From Thermoplasmatota archaeon (lineage in GTDB: Archaea > Thermoplasmatota > E2 > DHVEG-1): a stretch of 24,000 bases of DNA. Shown here one piece after another: positions 16,960-24,000 of this stretch. Numbering within the stretch: the first letter of the stretch is position 1; every line of letters starts with the position of its first letter. Position numbers and translations under genes: made by a program. The stretch is from positions 31,492 through 55,491 of the forward strand of contig JAWABU010000006.1 of assembly GCA_038884455.1 (NCBI GenBank), written 5' to 3'. The notes below the pieces were generated by a model. The model was not told the DNA's origin and searched no databases. It was given only the letters and a program-made list of their open reading frames with translations.

Positions 16960-18534
16960 CTACCAGGTTCCCTGTTGGAATGCAGTGAGATCCATCCGAT
17001 CTGAACTCCAGTCGTTGAAATCGTTTTTCCCGCGAGAACCATCAGAATAATCAACCATTCTATACATGTATCCGTAGTTCATGCAGCTTTTATACGGACG
17101 CCATTTCCACCAGCCAAGCTGCCAGGGATACTTACTGTTTTCATCATGCCCCCCAAGTGGTTCCAGGCCAAGCGTATGTCCGGTTTCATGCATGTAGGCG
17201 CTTGCATAAACAATATCACGACGTAAGAGCGGTAACGCTGCTTTTTCCTCAAGAAACTTTGCAGAGATTTGAAAACGATTCGAACCAAACGCATTCCCAC
17301 CAGCAATTGTACAATTGTAGACGAGAATGCCATAATGGAAGACACCGCTCCGCCAGTTATTCTGATCAAAATGAAGGAAATATTGTTGGTATAACTCATT
17401 TAATTGTTGGTACGATGTCTCTGTTTGATAAGGAAGATTGTCTGACCCAGTTCCAACCCATCTTCCATCATCGAGATGAAAAATGATATTTCGCCGATTA
17501 AATGCGGTGTAGATCAACTCTTTTGCTGCTTCAGGAAAGACAAGTGGTACGCCATCAGGCCCTAACATCTGATCCAGTTCAACAAAAAGATCTTTTCGGA
17601 AAGGATCAGACCCCCATTGACTGGTTAGGTATTCTTCATAGTTTGATAATCCATCTTGGTCAGGATCAAGATTGCGATGAGCATCATACTGTGAATCATT
17701 GAATGCCCATGCATGAGAAAAATTATTACTATGCCACTGTCGAATAAAATAATGACCCCATTTATATTCCCATTCAAGAGGACAACCATCGCCATCGGCA
17801 TCGATACCTCGATTGTCAACCGTTGGGTCCGTCAAGGTAACCATGGTTTCAGCCCAATACGGGATCCCGTCGCCATCGTAGTCGTTTTGGTTTATATCAA
17901 ACCATAGTTCACAGTCAAGATCCTGTTGATAAAAACTCCGATCATCGCAGCCATTCAATCGTCCATAGCCGCTTTCATCAGGAAGCATCCACCAATTTAT
18001 ATGAACAGGGTTGTTGTTGTCATCTCCATACCAATGACCTGTTTTGATACTATAGGTGAGATTGACCCCCCGAGAATCAAGTAGCTCATTAGTGTTTAAA
18101 CCACTGAGGTCACACTGTTTGTCAAACAATAGTTGTCGATCCCAGAGTTCAATACGGACATTCACCCATTCTGTATCATCAGGGACATCAAGTGTTGCTG
18201 ACCAATCTGGTGTATAAATGTATCGAGTATTCCGCCAAACAGGGCTTGTAAACTCTTGATTGTTGATGTAGACTTTAACATACAAATCAGGTTTACTGAG
18301 CAAGTCAATTCGTTTGATTGAATGGACTTGCTGATCATATTTTTCAAGAGATCGAATTGTTTTAATAGTCACGGTTACCTCGATATTTATCAGCGGATCA
18401 AAATCATCGTGATACGAAATCGCTGTTGTTTGAATATGATTTTGAATTTGAGACGCACTGGCCCCCATAACAACTAAAAGACAAATTCCACAAAGTATCA
18501 TTGTTTGAATTGTGCCGTTTATCTGCCGCTTCAT
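16960..18534 (-). CDS. exported zinc metalloprotease (metzincin-like) with N-terminal C2-like beta-sandwich and three TSP3-like Ca-binding motifs
   Basis: I prefer ATG 18534 (GGGGGA 5 nt upstream) over the track start at 18573. This gives the signal peptide MKRQINGTIQTMILCGICLLVVMGASA. A C2-like segment reads PDLYVKVYINNQEFTSPVWRNT...VNVRIELWDR. The acidic motifs are DYDGDGIPYWAE, DADGDGCPLEWE and DPDQDGLSNYEE. The zinc site is MHETGHTLGLEPLGGHDE (HExxH at 17175-17189), with a possible Met-turn at SCMNYGY. Confidence 0.7.
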   Translation of the reverse strand: MKRQINGTIQTMILCGICLLVVMGASASQIQNHIQTTAISYHDDFDPLINIEVTVTIKTIRSLEKYDQQVHSIKRIDLLSKPDLYVKVYINNQEFTSPVWRNTRYIYTPDWSATLDVPDDTEWVNVRIELWDRQLLFDKQCDLSGLNTNELLDSRGVNLTYSIKTGHWYGDDNNNPVHINWWMLPDESGYGRLNGCDDRSFYQQDLDCELWFDINQNDYDGDGIPYWAETMVTLTDPTVDNRGIDADGDGCPLEWEYKWGHYFIRQWHSNNFSHAWAFNDSQYDAHRNLDPDQDGLSNYEEYLTSQWGSDPFRKDLFVELDQMLGPDGVPLVFPEAAKELIYTAFNRRNIIFHLDDGRWVGTGSDNLPYQTETSYQQLNELYQQYFLHFDQNNWRSGVFHYGILVYNCTIAGGNAFGSNRFQISAKFLEEKAALPLLRRDIVYASAYMHETGHTLGLEPLGGHDENSKYPWQLGWWKWRPYKSCMNYGYMYRMVDYSDGSRGKNDFNDWSSDRMDLTAFQQGTW

Positions 18535-18575
18535 AAAAATCCCCCAGATATAAGCTGATATGATAGATATCATAC

Positions 18576-18584
18576 TTTATAAAA
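18576..18584. promoter_or_regulatory. near-palindromic TATA-like element in the divergent intergenic region
   Basis: tttataaaa lies 50 nt from the metalloprotease ATG (18534, minus strand, SD-bearing leader) and 68-76 nt upstream of the small ORF ATG at 18652. It could serve either or both directions. Confidence 0.35.
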
Positions 18585-18651
18585 TTTTGCATCATCTAGA
18601 AAAATAAACATAAAAAGGGGTGATGGCATATCAGATTTTTGAGTAGTATCT

Positions 18652-18831
18652 ATGAATGATGAAGATTGCAAAAGATTTCTTGAAGATTTCAAAAAGGCAG
18701 ATGTTGCACGAAAGGTTGATATGTGGTTTTATGCTGTTGAACAAGCAGCAATCTGGGAGGAACTTCTAGGTGAGATGTCTGCAATTGCTCAAGCAGCACA
18801 ACCGAAAAAAAGTCTCGCCGAAGATGAATAA
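18652..18831 (+). CDS. small acidic hypothetical protein (59 aa), paralog of the next gene; not in the supplied ORF track
   Basis: My own translation is MNDEDCKRFLEDFKKADVARKVDMWFYAVEQAAIWEELLGEMSAIAQAAQPKKSLAEDE, with the stop at 18829-18831. It aligns without gaps to the downstream 67-aa ORF, with 24 of the first 50 residues identical. Confidence 0.6.
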   Translation: MNDEDCKRFLEDFKKADVARKVDMWFYAVEQAAIWEELLGEMSAIAQAAQPKKSLAEDE

Positions 18832-18849
18832 CAACGAGAGGATATCTCT

Positions 18850-19053
18850 ATGAACGATGAGGATAAAAAAGAATTCATCGAAGAATTCAAAAAGGGTGAT
18901 GGTGCAAAGCGGCTTGACCTTTGGGATTATGCCCTTTCACAGCAGGTTCTCTGGGAAAAAATTATTGCAGAGATGCAGACGATTGCCCGGGAACAGGGCG
19001 TTGATGAAGAAATTGAAAAAATGATTGAAGAAGCAACCAAAGAAGAAGCATAA
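18850..19053 (+). CDS. small acidic hypothetical protein (67 aa), paralog of the preceding small ORF
   Basis: The product is MNDEDKKEFIEEFKKGDGAKRLDLWDYALSQQVLWEKIIAEMQTIAREQG... with GAGAGGA 7 nt upstream of the ATG. I recognise no family, and it is predicted to be helical and acidic. Confidence 0.6.
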   Translation: MNDEDKKEFIEEFKKGDGAKRLDLWDYALSQQVLWEKIIAEMQTIAREQGVDEEIEKMIEEATKEEA

Positions 19054-19071
19054 ACTCTGGAATAATTTGTT

Positions 19072-20178
19072 TTATTTTTGATGAGCTGCTCGTTCTAGCA
19101 TCTGTAACGCTTTGATAAGTTCTGAAGATTCTGGATTAATTTTTCCAAGACCTAGTCGGATCATTGGTGTTGCATACAATGTATAGTCTTTTTTAAAAAG
19201 AAAAAATGAACCTGGTACCACTGCAAGGCGCATTCGTGGAATTGCATATGTTTGTACCCACGTATACGTATCAGGTATCGATGTTTTTATCCAATAGGTT
19301 AGACCATACCTGTTTGGATAAAACAACATATTTTGATCGATGAGCCATTCCTCTACCACTCTTTTTAAAGAAAAATATTTTTTCATCAGATTTTCTAATT
19401 TTTGATGATATTTGGTAAAAAGCTCTGCAGTCAGATACTCCACAAGGTTTGAACTGTTTCCAACAGAAAACAACGCATCTTGATACAATTCATCTACAAG
19501 AGTATGATGGGCAAGCACGATGCCAAGCTTCAAACCACCAAGTCCATACGCCTTGGTAAAACTTGTCGTCACTATCGCATGCTCCTTATCATGTAGAAAA
19601 ATCGTAGGAAATGTTTCACGATTAAACTCTGCATAGATCTCATCACAGAGAACATAAAAATTGTATGAACCTGCGAGGGTCATAATTTTTCTGATTTCAT
19701 TTTTTGAAAAAACTGCAGCACTTGGTGCATGGGGATTGGTCAAGACCAGTAACCCTGTCTTTTTTGATATCTTTTTTTCCAACTCATCAAGATCAAGACG
19801 ATAATTTTCATCAGGTACACGTCGAATTTGATGAACTGTTGGATAGTATTCTTGGAGAAGTCGTAACAGTGGCTCATACATCGGATATTCGATAATCGCT
19901 TCATTTTTTTTTGGGTATTTCTCAGCAAGATATCGGATGATACGTGTATTTTGACCTGAAGTTCCGTCACTACTTAAAAAAATATTTCTTGGATTTGTAT
20001 GATATCGTTTTGATAAAATTTTAAGAGTTTCAGGATTTCCATGATGATAATTGACCCCCAAATCAAAAGAAAGATGTTGTAGGTTGATTGGGCATGTAGT
20101 GATACCACTTGATCGAAGATCATAAACAAGGTTTTTTTGGTTGGTGTACCACGAGAGATATAAACTATGCTGTTTCAT
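19072..20178 (-). CDS. class I/II pyridoxal-phosphate-dependent aminotransferase (HisC/CobD-like size class)
   Basis: It contains the PLP-lysine motif TTSFTKAYGLGGLKLG, along with LVLTNPHAPS and LCDEIYAEF. I use ATG 20178 (MKQHSLYLSW...); the track ORF extends to GTG 20217. Substrate specificity cannot be called from sequence alone. Confidence 0.75.
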   Translation of the reverse strand: MKQHSLYLSWYTNQKNLVYDLRSSGITTCPINLQHLSFDLGVNYHHGNPETLKILSKRYHTNPRNIFLSSDGTSGQNTRIIRYLAEKYPKKNEAIIEYPMYEPLLRLLQEYYPTVHQIRRVPDENYRLDLDELEKKISKKTGLLVLTNPHAPSAAVFSKNEIRKIMTLAGSYNFYVLCDEIYAEFNRETFPTIFLHDKEHAIVTTSFTKAYGLGGLKLGIVLAHHTLVDELYQDALFSVGNSSNLVEYLTAELFTKYHQKLENLMKKYFSLKRVVEEWLIDQNMLFYPNRYGLTYWIKTSIPDTYTWVQTYAIPRMRLAVVPGSFFLFKKDYTLYATPMIRLGLGKINPESSELIKALQMLERAAHQK

Positions 20179-20347
20179 ACAGTTAACTCTTTTAATTCTA
20201 TGTTTGGTTCGAAACACTAATCTCGTTTTTTTGTTTTGTTCACCAAAAATCCTGTGAACAGCTTTTTCCGGAGCAGCCTATTTTGATACGTTCTATTTTT
20301 ATGAGAAAAGATACCAGCATATTATAATTTTTTCTCTACAAAGGAAA

Positions 20348-20418
20348 CAGCCCCGGGCGGATTTGAACCGCCGACGTTGGCTCCAAAGGCCAAAATGTTG
20401 CCGCTACACCACGGGGCT
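20348..20418 (-). tRNA. tRNA-Gln (anticodon UUG)
   Basis: Hand-folded cloverleaf on the minus strand: AGCCCCG UG GUGU AGCGGCA ACAU U UUGGC CUUUGGA GCCAA CGUC GGCGG UUCAAAU CCGCC CGGGGCU G. The 7-nt anticodon loop is CU-UUG-GA. The acceptor stem closes with an A1-U72 pair and the discriminator is G73. No CCA is encoded and there is no intron. Confidence 0.85.
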
Positions 20419-20467
20419 ACTTCTTTAGTAATATCTACTGTTTGAGGGGGGAAATGTTAGTTGTATT

Positions 20468-22147
20468 TTATTTAGTTTTGTCTTCTATCTGCTTCCAAGT
20501 TCCACGGAGCTCGACACTTCTATTGATAATAAGATGATCCCTTGTGGTGTCAGGATCGATACAGAAGTACCCAAGACGTTCAAACTGAAATCGATCGAAG
20601 GGTTTTAACTTTTTTACAATCGGTTCAACTTTACAGTTCTTACGTATCTCACAAGAGTTTGGATTAAGGAATTTTTTAAAATCTTCCCCCTGTTGATCTA
20701 ACGGATCTGAAACAGTAAATAATCGATTAAAAAGTCGTATCGTTGCATCGACAGCGTGACGTGCACACACCCAGTGTATGGTGGATTTTACTTTACGGCC
20801 ATCTGGAGCATATCCACCTTTTGTTGCGGGATCGTACGTACAATGTATCTCTGTGATTTTTCCGTTTTTTTTCACAACATCAACGCATTTGATGAAATAT
20901 GCGTAGCGAAGACGTACTTCTCTTCCGGGTGCAAGTCGGTAGAATTTATTCGTCGGTTCTTCCATGAAATCATCTTGCTCAATAAATAATGTATTTGAGA
21001 ATGGTATTTTTCTTGTCCCCATATTTGGATCTTCTGGGTTATTAACCGCCTCAAGTTCTTCAATTGTATCTTTAGGGTAATTGTCAATGATCACTTTGAG
21101 TGGTTTTAGAATGCCTAGATAACGAGGAGCGGTTTTATTAAGGTCCTCCCGAATGCAATGTTCAAGGAACTCAAAATCAACGGTACTGTTGACTTTTGCA
21201 ACACCGATTCGTTTACAGAACAATCTGATTCCTGATGGAGAATATCCTCTCCGCCGCATCCCACTAATCGTGGGTAATCTTGGGTCATCCCAACCGTCAA
21301 CATAGTTTCCCTCGACAAGTTGCAACAGCAATCGTTTACTCATCACGGTATACGTCAGGTTCAACCGTGCGAATTCAATTTGCTGTGGATGATAAATACC
21401 AAGCTGATCAAGAAACCAGTCGTAGAGAGGACGATGATTTTCGAATTCTAAAGTACATATTGAATGTGTAATTTTTTCTATTGAATCTTCAAGACCATGA
21501 GCCCAGTCATACATCGGATAGATACACCATTTATCCTTTGTTCGATGATGACGAGCATGTAGTATCCGATACATCACGGGATCTCGCATATTGAGATTTG
21601 GATGTGCCATATCGATTTTTGCTCTGAGAACCTTTTCTCCGTCTTTAAATTCACCGTTTTTCATTCGTCTGAAGAGATCCAGGTTCTCTTCAACAGTACG
21701 ATCACGATACGGACTGTTTTTTCCTGGTTTTGTTAGCGTCCCACGATACTCTGCGATTTGCTCTGCAGTAAGATCATCAACGTATGCTTTACCTTTTTTT
21801 ATCAGATCAACTGCATAGTCATACATTTGGTCGAAATAATCAGATGCAAAAAAGAGCCGATCACCCCAGTCAAAGCCAAGCCATTTCACATTGTCAATAA
21901 TTGATTGTACGTATTCTTTTTCCTCTTTTGCAGGATTTGTATCATCAAACCGTAGATTACACAATCCGTGATATTCTTCAGCAATACCAAAATTAAGACA
22001 TATCGATTTTGCATGACCAATGTGAAGGTAACCATTTGGTTCAGGAGGAAATCTAGTATGCACTCGGCCGTTGTATTTCTTTGTTTTCAAATCATGATCA
22101 ATGATTTCTCGAATAAAATCTTTGGTTTGTGAGGTTGCTTCATCCAT
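20468..22147 (-). CDS. glnS: glutaminyl-tRNA synthetase (bacterial-type, ~559 aa)
   Basis: A strong GAGGAGG RBS sits 9 nt upstream of the ATG. It has the HIGH motif ([12 protein letters not shown]) and the KMSKS motif (TVMSKR). Long stretches match E. coli GlnRS as I recall it: [86 protein letters not shown]. It has no eukaryote-style N-terminal extension. Confidence 0.9.
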   Translation of the reverse strand: MDEATSQTKDFIREIIDHDLKTKKYNGRVHTRFPPEPNGYLHIGHAKSICLNFGIAEEYHGLCNLRFDDTNPAKEEKEYVQSIIDNVKWLGFDWGDRLFFASDYFDQMYDYAVDLIKKGKAYVDDLTAEQIAEYRGTLTKPGKNSPYRDRTVEENLDLFRRMKNGEFKDGEKVLRAKIDMAHPNLNMRDPVMYRILHARHHRTKDKWCIYPMYDWAHGLEDSIEKITHSICTLEFENHRPLYDWFLDQLGIYHPQQIEFARLNLTYTVMSKRLLLQLVEGNYVDGWDDPRLPTISGMRRRGYSPSGIRLFCKRIGVAKVNSTVDFEFLEHCIREDLNKTAPRYLGILKPLKVIIDNYPKDTIEELEAVNNPEDPNMGTRKIPFSNTLFIEQDDFMEEPTNKFYRLAPGREVRLRYAYFIKCVDVVKKNGKITEIHCTYDPATKGGYAPDGRKVKSTIHWVCARHAVDATIRLFNRLFTVSDPLDQQGEDFKKFLNPNSCEIRKNCKVEPIVKKLKPFDRFQFERLGYFCIDPDTTRDHLIINRSVELRGTWKQIEDKTK

Positions 22148-22179
22148 AAATATTTCCTCCTCATTTTTTTAATTTTAGA

Positions 22180-22251
22180 CAGCCCCGGCCAGATTCGAAC
22201 TGGCGTCAAGAGATCCAGAGTCTCTGGTGCTAACCGCTACACTACGGGGCT
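22180..22251 (-). tRNA. tRNA-Gln (anticodon CUG)
   Basis: Hand-folded cloverleaf on the minus strand: AGCCCCG UA GUGU AGCGGUUA GCAC C AGAGA CUCUGGA UCUCU UGAC GCCAG UUCGAAU CUGGC CGGGGCU G. The anticodon loop is CU-CUG-GA. It has an A1-U72 pair and a G73 discriminator, and no CCA is encoded. Its 3' end lies 33 nt upstream of the glnS ATG, with no intervening T-run. Confidence 0.85.
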
Positions 22252-22398
22252 ACTTTTTTCTAGATTGATTTAAACAGAGGATAAAATGTTTGCTATATAA
22301 TCTTTGATGTTTCAGTAACCTCTGATGACAAAACCTCATTAGTTATGAGGATGATATCTATTTATAAAATACCATCATATATGTTTTTCTGGACATCT

Positions 22399-23016
22399 AT
22401 GGGGTTAGAACAGATTCGAGTTGGAGTAGATAATTTTTGTTACGTTGTCTATGATGAGCAAGAACACATCGCAGCAGTTATCGATCCTAGTTTTGATTTG
22501 ACGCCAACCCTACTGTTCCTAGAATCATTTAATCTTGACGTAAGATATATTATCGCAACACATTATCATCATGACCACACCTCAGAGATCGAGACATTAA
22601 AGAAGCACTTTCCAAAAGCAGCACTTATTGCATCTGTTGACGATGGAAAACTTTTACCAGGTTCTGTTGATATTTTCGTTGGGGATGACGAACACTTAAA
22701 AGTTGGTACAATTGAACTACAATTCTTTATTACCCCAGGTCACACACAAGGAAGTATATGTATTCTAGTCGATCAGAAATTTCTATTAACTGGGGATACA
22801 TTGTTCATCGGGAATTGCGGCCGAACCGATCTTCCTGGCGGAAGTTTGAAACAAATGTTTGATTCGTTACAACGGATAAAAAAACTTTCTGATACTATTA
22901 TTGTATATCCAGGTCATGACTATGGAGACAAACCGTTTGATACTCTCAAGAATCAGAAAAAAACGAATGTAACACTTCGTGCAAAAAATATCGTTGAATT
23001 TTCTAAAATACCTTAA
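22399..23016 (+). CDS. MBL-fold metallo-hydrolase (hydroxyacylglutathione hydrolase-like)
   Basis: The motifs are THYHHDH (HxHxDH), PGHTQGS, GDTLF and PGHDYG. I prefer ATG 22399 (MGLEQIRVGVDNFCYVV, a typical family N-terminus) because tttataaa at 22361-22368 would place the transcript start inside the longer track ORF that begins at 22345. Confidence 0.8.
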   Translation: MGLEQIRVGVDNFCYVVYDEQEHIAAVIDPSFDLTPTLLFLESFNLDVRYIIATHYHHDHTSEIETLKKHFPKAALIASVDDGKLLPGSVDIFVGDDEHLKVGTIELQFFITPGHTQGSICILVDQKFLLTGDTLFIGNCGRTDLPGGSLKQMFDSLQRIKKLSDTIIVYPGHDYGDKPFDTLKNQKKTNVTLRAKNIVEFSKIP

Positions 23017-23294
23017 AAAATAGGCTTGTGAGACGGTTTGAAATAATGAATTTGGTATCTTTCAGAATACAAAAACGTGACCTTTTTTGAAAAGATGATA
23101 CAAACACAACTTTTTTGTATCTTGAGTCATCTAGGTAAAACTAGCGGTTGATATAACTGAGAAAGGTATATTGCACTAAGATCAAAAGTTAAATCTCATG
23201 CAAAATTTCAGATTTCTACATAGATCGTTCTGTAGTTTGTTGTTCTGGTTGCATATGCTTTCTGTTGTATTGATATATTAAATTAATGAATAAA

Positions 23295-23303
23295 TTATAT
23301 AAA
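23295..23303 (+). promoter_or_regulatory. TATA-box-like element for radC (leaderless geometry)
   Basis: ttatataaa begins 31 nt upstream of ATG 23326, with no SD motif in between. Confidence 0.45.
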
Positions 23304-23325
23304 CAAATGTTTATAATATTATTTT

Positions 23326-24000
23326 ATGAGACTCAAAGAGATACCATGGTACAATCAACCCGGTGTTCGGCTGAGAAAAAAAGGCGCCTCAGTTCTCTCA
23401 GATGCTGAACTCCTTGCAATTGTACTTGGCAGGGGTGATTACACAGAAAATGCGGTTGATTTGTCAAACAGAGTGCTTGCACGATATAATTTTAATAAAC
23501 TTGCACAGCTTTCTTTCGCTGAACTTGAAAAAGAATTTCGTAATCCTGTTAAAGCATTGAAAATGCAGGCAATGTTTGAAATTTTTCGACGAACTAATCG
23601 TCTGAATCATCATGGATATGCCACTAAGATACAGAATGCAGAAGACGTGCATCGATTTTTTATGGATAACCTCAGCGATAAGAAAAAAGAGTTTTTCTAT
23701 GCTCTTCTTTTAGATGCGAAGAATCGAATTATTGAAGAAGTGTTGGTTTCAATAGGTATCTTAAATGCAAGTTTAATTCATCCTCGAGAGGTTTTTAATC
23801 CCGCCATCAAAGCAAGCGCTCATGCAATCATCTTAGTTCATAATCATCCAAGTGGTGAATGTGAACCTTCCAGTGCAGATATTGAAATAACTAACATGCT
23901 TTCTGAATCTGGCAAGTTGATTGGTATCAATGTTCTTGATCATGTTATTATTGGAAAAGAAAAATATATAAGTATGCGAGAGAAAGGTTTGATAAAATAA
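23326..24000 (+). CDS. radC: RadC-like JAB/MPN-domain protein (UPF0758)
   Basis: 224 aa, complete, with the stop at 23998-24000. The N-terminus is HhH-like (LSDAELLAIVLGRG). The JAMM motif is ILVHNHPSGECEPSSADIEIT. Confidence 0.85.
   Translation: MRLKEIPWYNQPGVRLRKKGASVLSDAELLAIVLGRGDYTENAVDLSNRVLARYNFNKLAQLSFAELEKEFRNPVKALKMQAMFEIFRRTNRLNHHGYATKIQNAEDVHRFFMDNLSDKKKEFFYALLLDAKNRIIEEVLVSIGILNASLIHPREVFNPAIKASAHAIILVHNHPSGECEPSSADIEITNMLSESGKLIGINVLDHVIIGKEKYISMREKGLIK

Noticed and set aside
18623-18646. A 7-codon uORF (MAYQIFE) preceded by AGGGGTGA, upstream of the first small paralog.
   Set aside because: It is too short to evaluate. The SD-like motif may be fortuitous, and there is no supporting evidence.
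23097-23121. A hairpin with an 8-bp stem (gatacaaa/tttgtatc) and a 9-nt loop, 80 nt downstream of the MBL hydrolase stop.
   Set aside because: The stem is short and A/U-rich, and such structures arise easily by chance in this composition. At most it is a weak terminator-associated element.
23092-23160. A possible C/D-box sRNA in the long MBL-radC intergenic region, based on gatgata ... ctga elements.
   Set aside because: The C box is not canonical (GAUGAUA versus RUGAUGA). The C'/D' elements are absent or misplaced, and the spacing leaves no guide region before the D box.
23198-23281. A 27-codon hydrophobic ORF (MQNFRFLHRSFCSLLFWLHMLSVVLIY) in the 310-nt intergenic region.
   Set aside because: It has no RBS or TATA at an appropriate distance and no paralog or recognisable family. 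Its length is consistent with chance.
1-24000. I looked for CRISPR repeats, IS or transposase and integrase genes, terminal inverted repeats, toxin-antitoxin pairs and known defence-system signatures.
   Set aside because: I found no periodic direct repeats, no recombinase-like ORFs and no nuclease/ATPase/helicase combinations typical of defence islands. The tRNA genes show no adjacent integrase or direct-repeat att-like duplication that I could detect by eye.

Overview
AT-rich, gene-dense chromosomal segment that looks archaeal. The evidence is NucS/EndoMS, a split two-subunit biotin carboxylase, two tRNA-Gln genes with an A1-U72 acceptor pair and no encoded CCA, and TATA-like boxes about 30 nt upstream of several start codons. 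I support 20 protein-coding genes, one truncated at the window start, and 2 tRNA genes. I saw no rRNA, CRISPR array, transposase or integrase, or recognisable defence genes. The content falls into five groups. (1) Exported peptidases of several catalytic classes: a signal-peptide Lon-like S16 protease with a C-terminal membrane anchor, two gingipain-like C25 cysteine peptidases, and a metzincin-like zinc protease. The C25 genes sit in a co-oriented cluster (7112-15524) with an exported CxxC thioredoxin-fold/PKD protein, a small CarboxypepD_reg-like anchored protein, a C_GCAxxG_C_C putative redox protein and a UPF0104 flippase-like membrane protein. (2) A pycB-pycA-birA biotin carboxylase operon preceded by a long inverted repeat. 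(3) nucS divergent from a DUF45/YgjP-type metallopeptidase. (4) A bacterial-type glutaminyl-tRNA synthetase flanked on both sides, on the same strand, by the two tRNA-Gln isoacceptors (CUG and UUG). This is unexpected if the contig really is archaeal. (5) A tandem pair of small acidic paralogous ORFs, one of which is below the ORF-track size cutoff. The best candidates for something undescribed are the tRNA-Gln/glnS/tRNA-Gln module and the redox plus C25 peptidase cluster, whose members share a C-terminal beta-rich domain. All family calls rest on motif recognition by eye, with no searches run.
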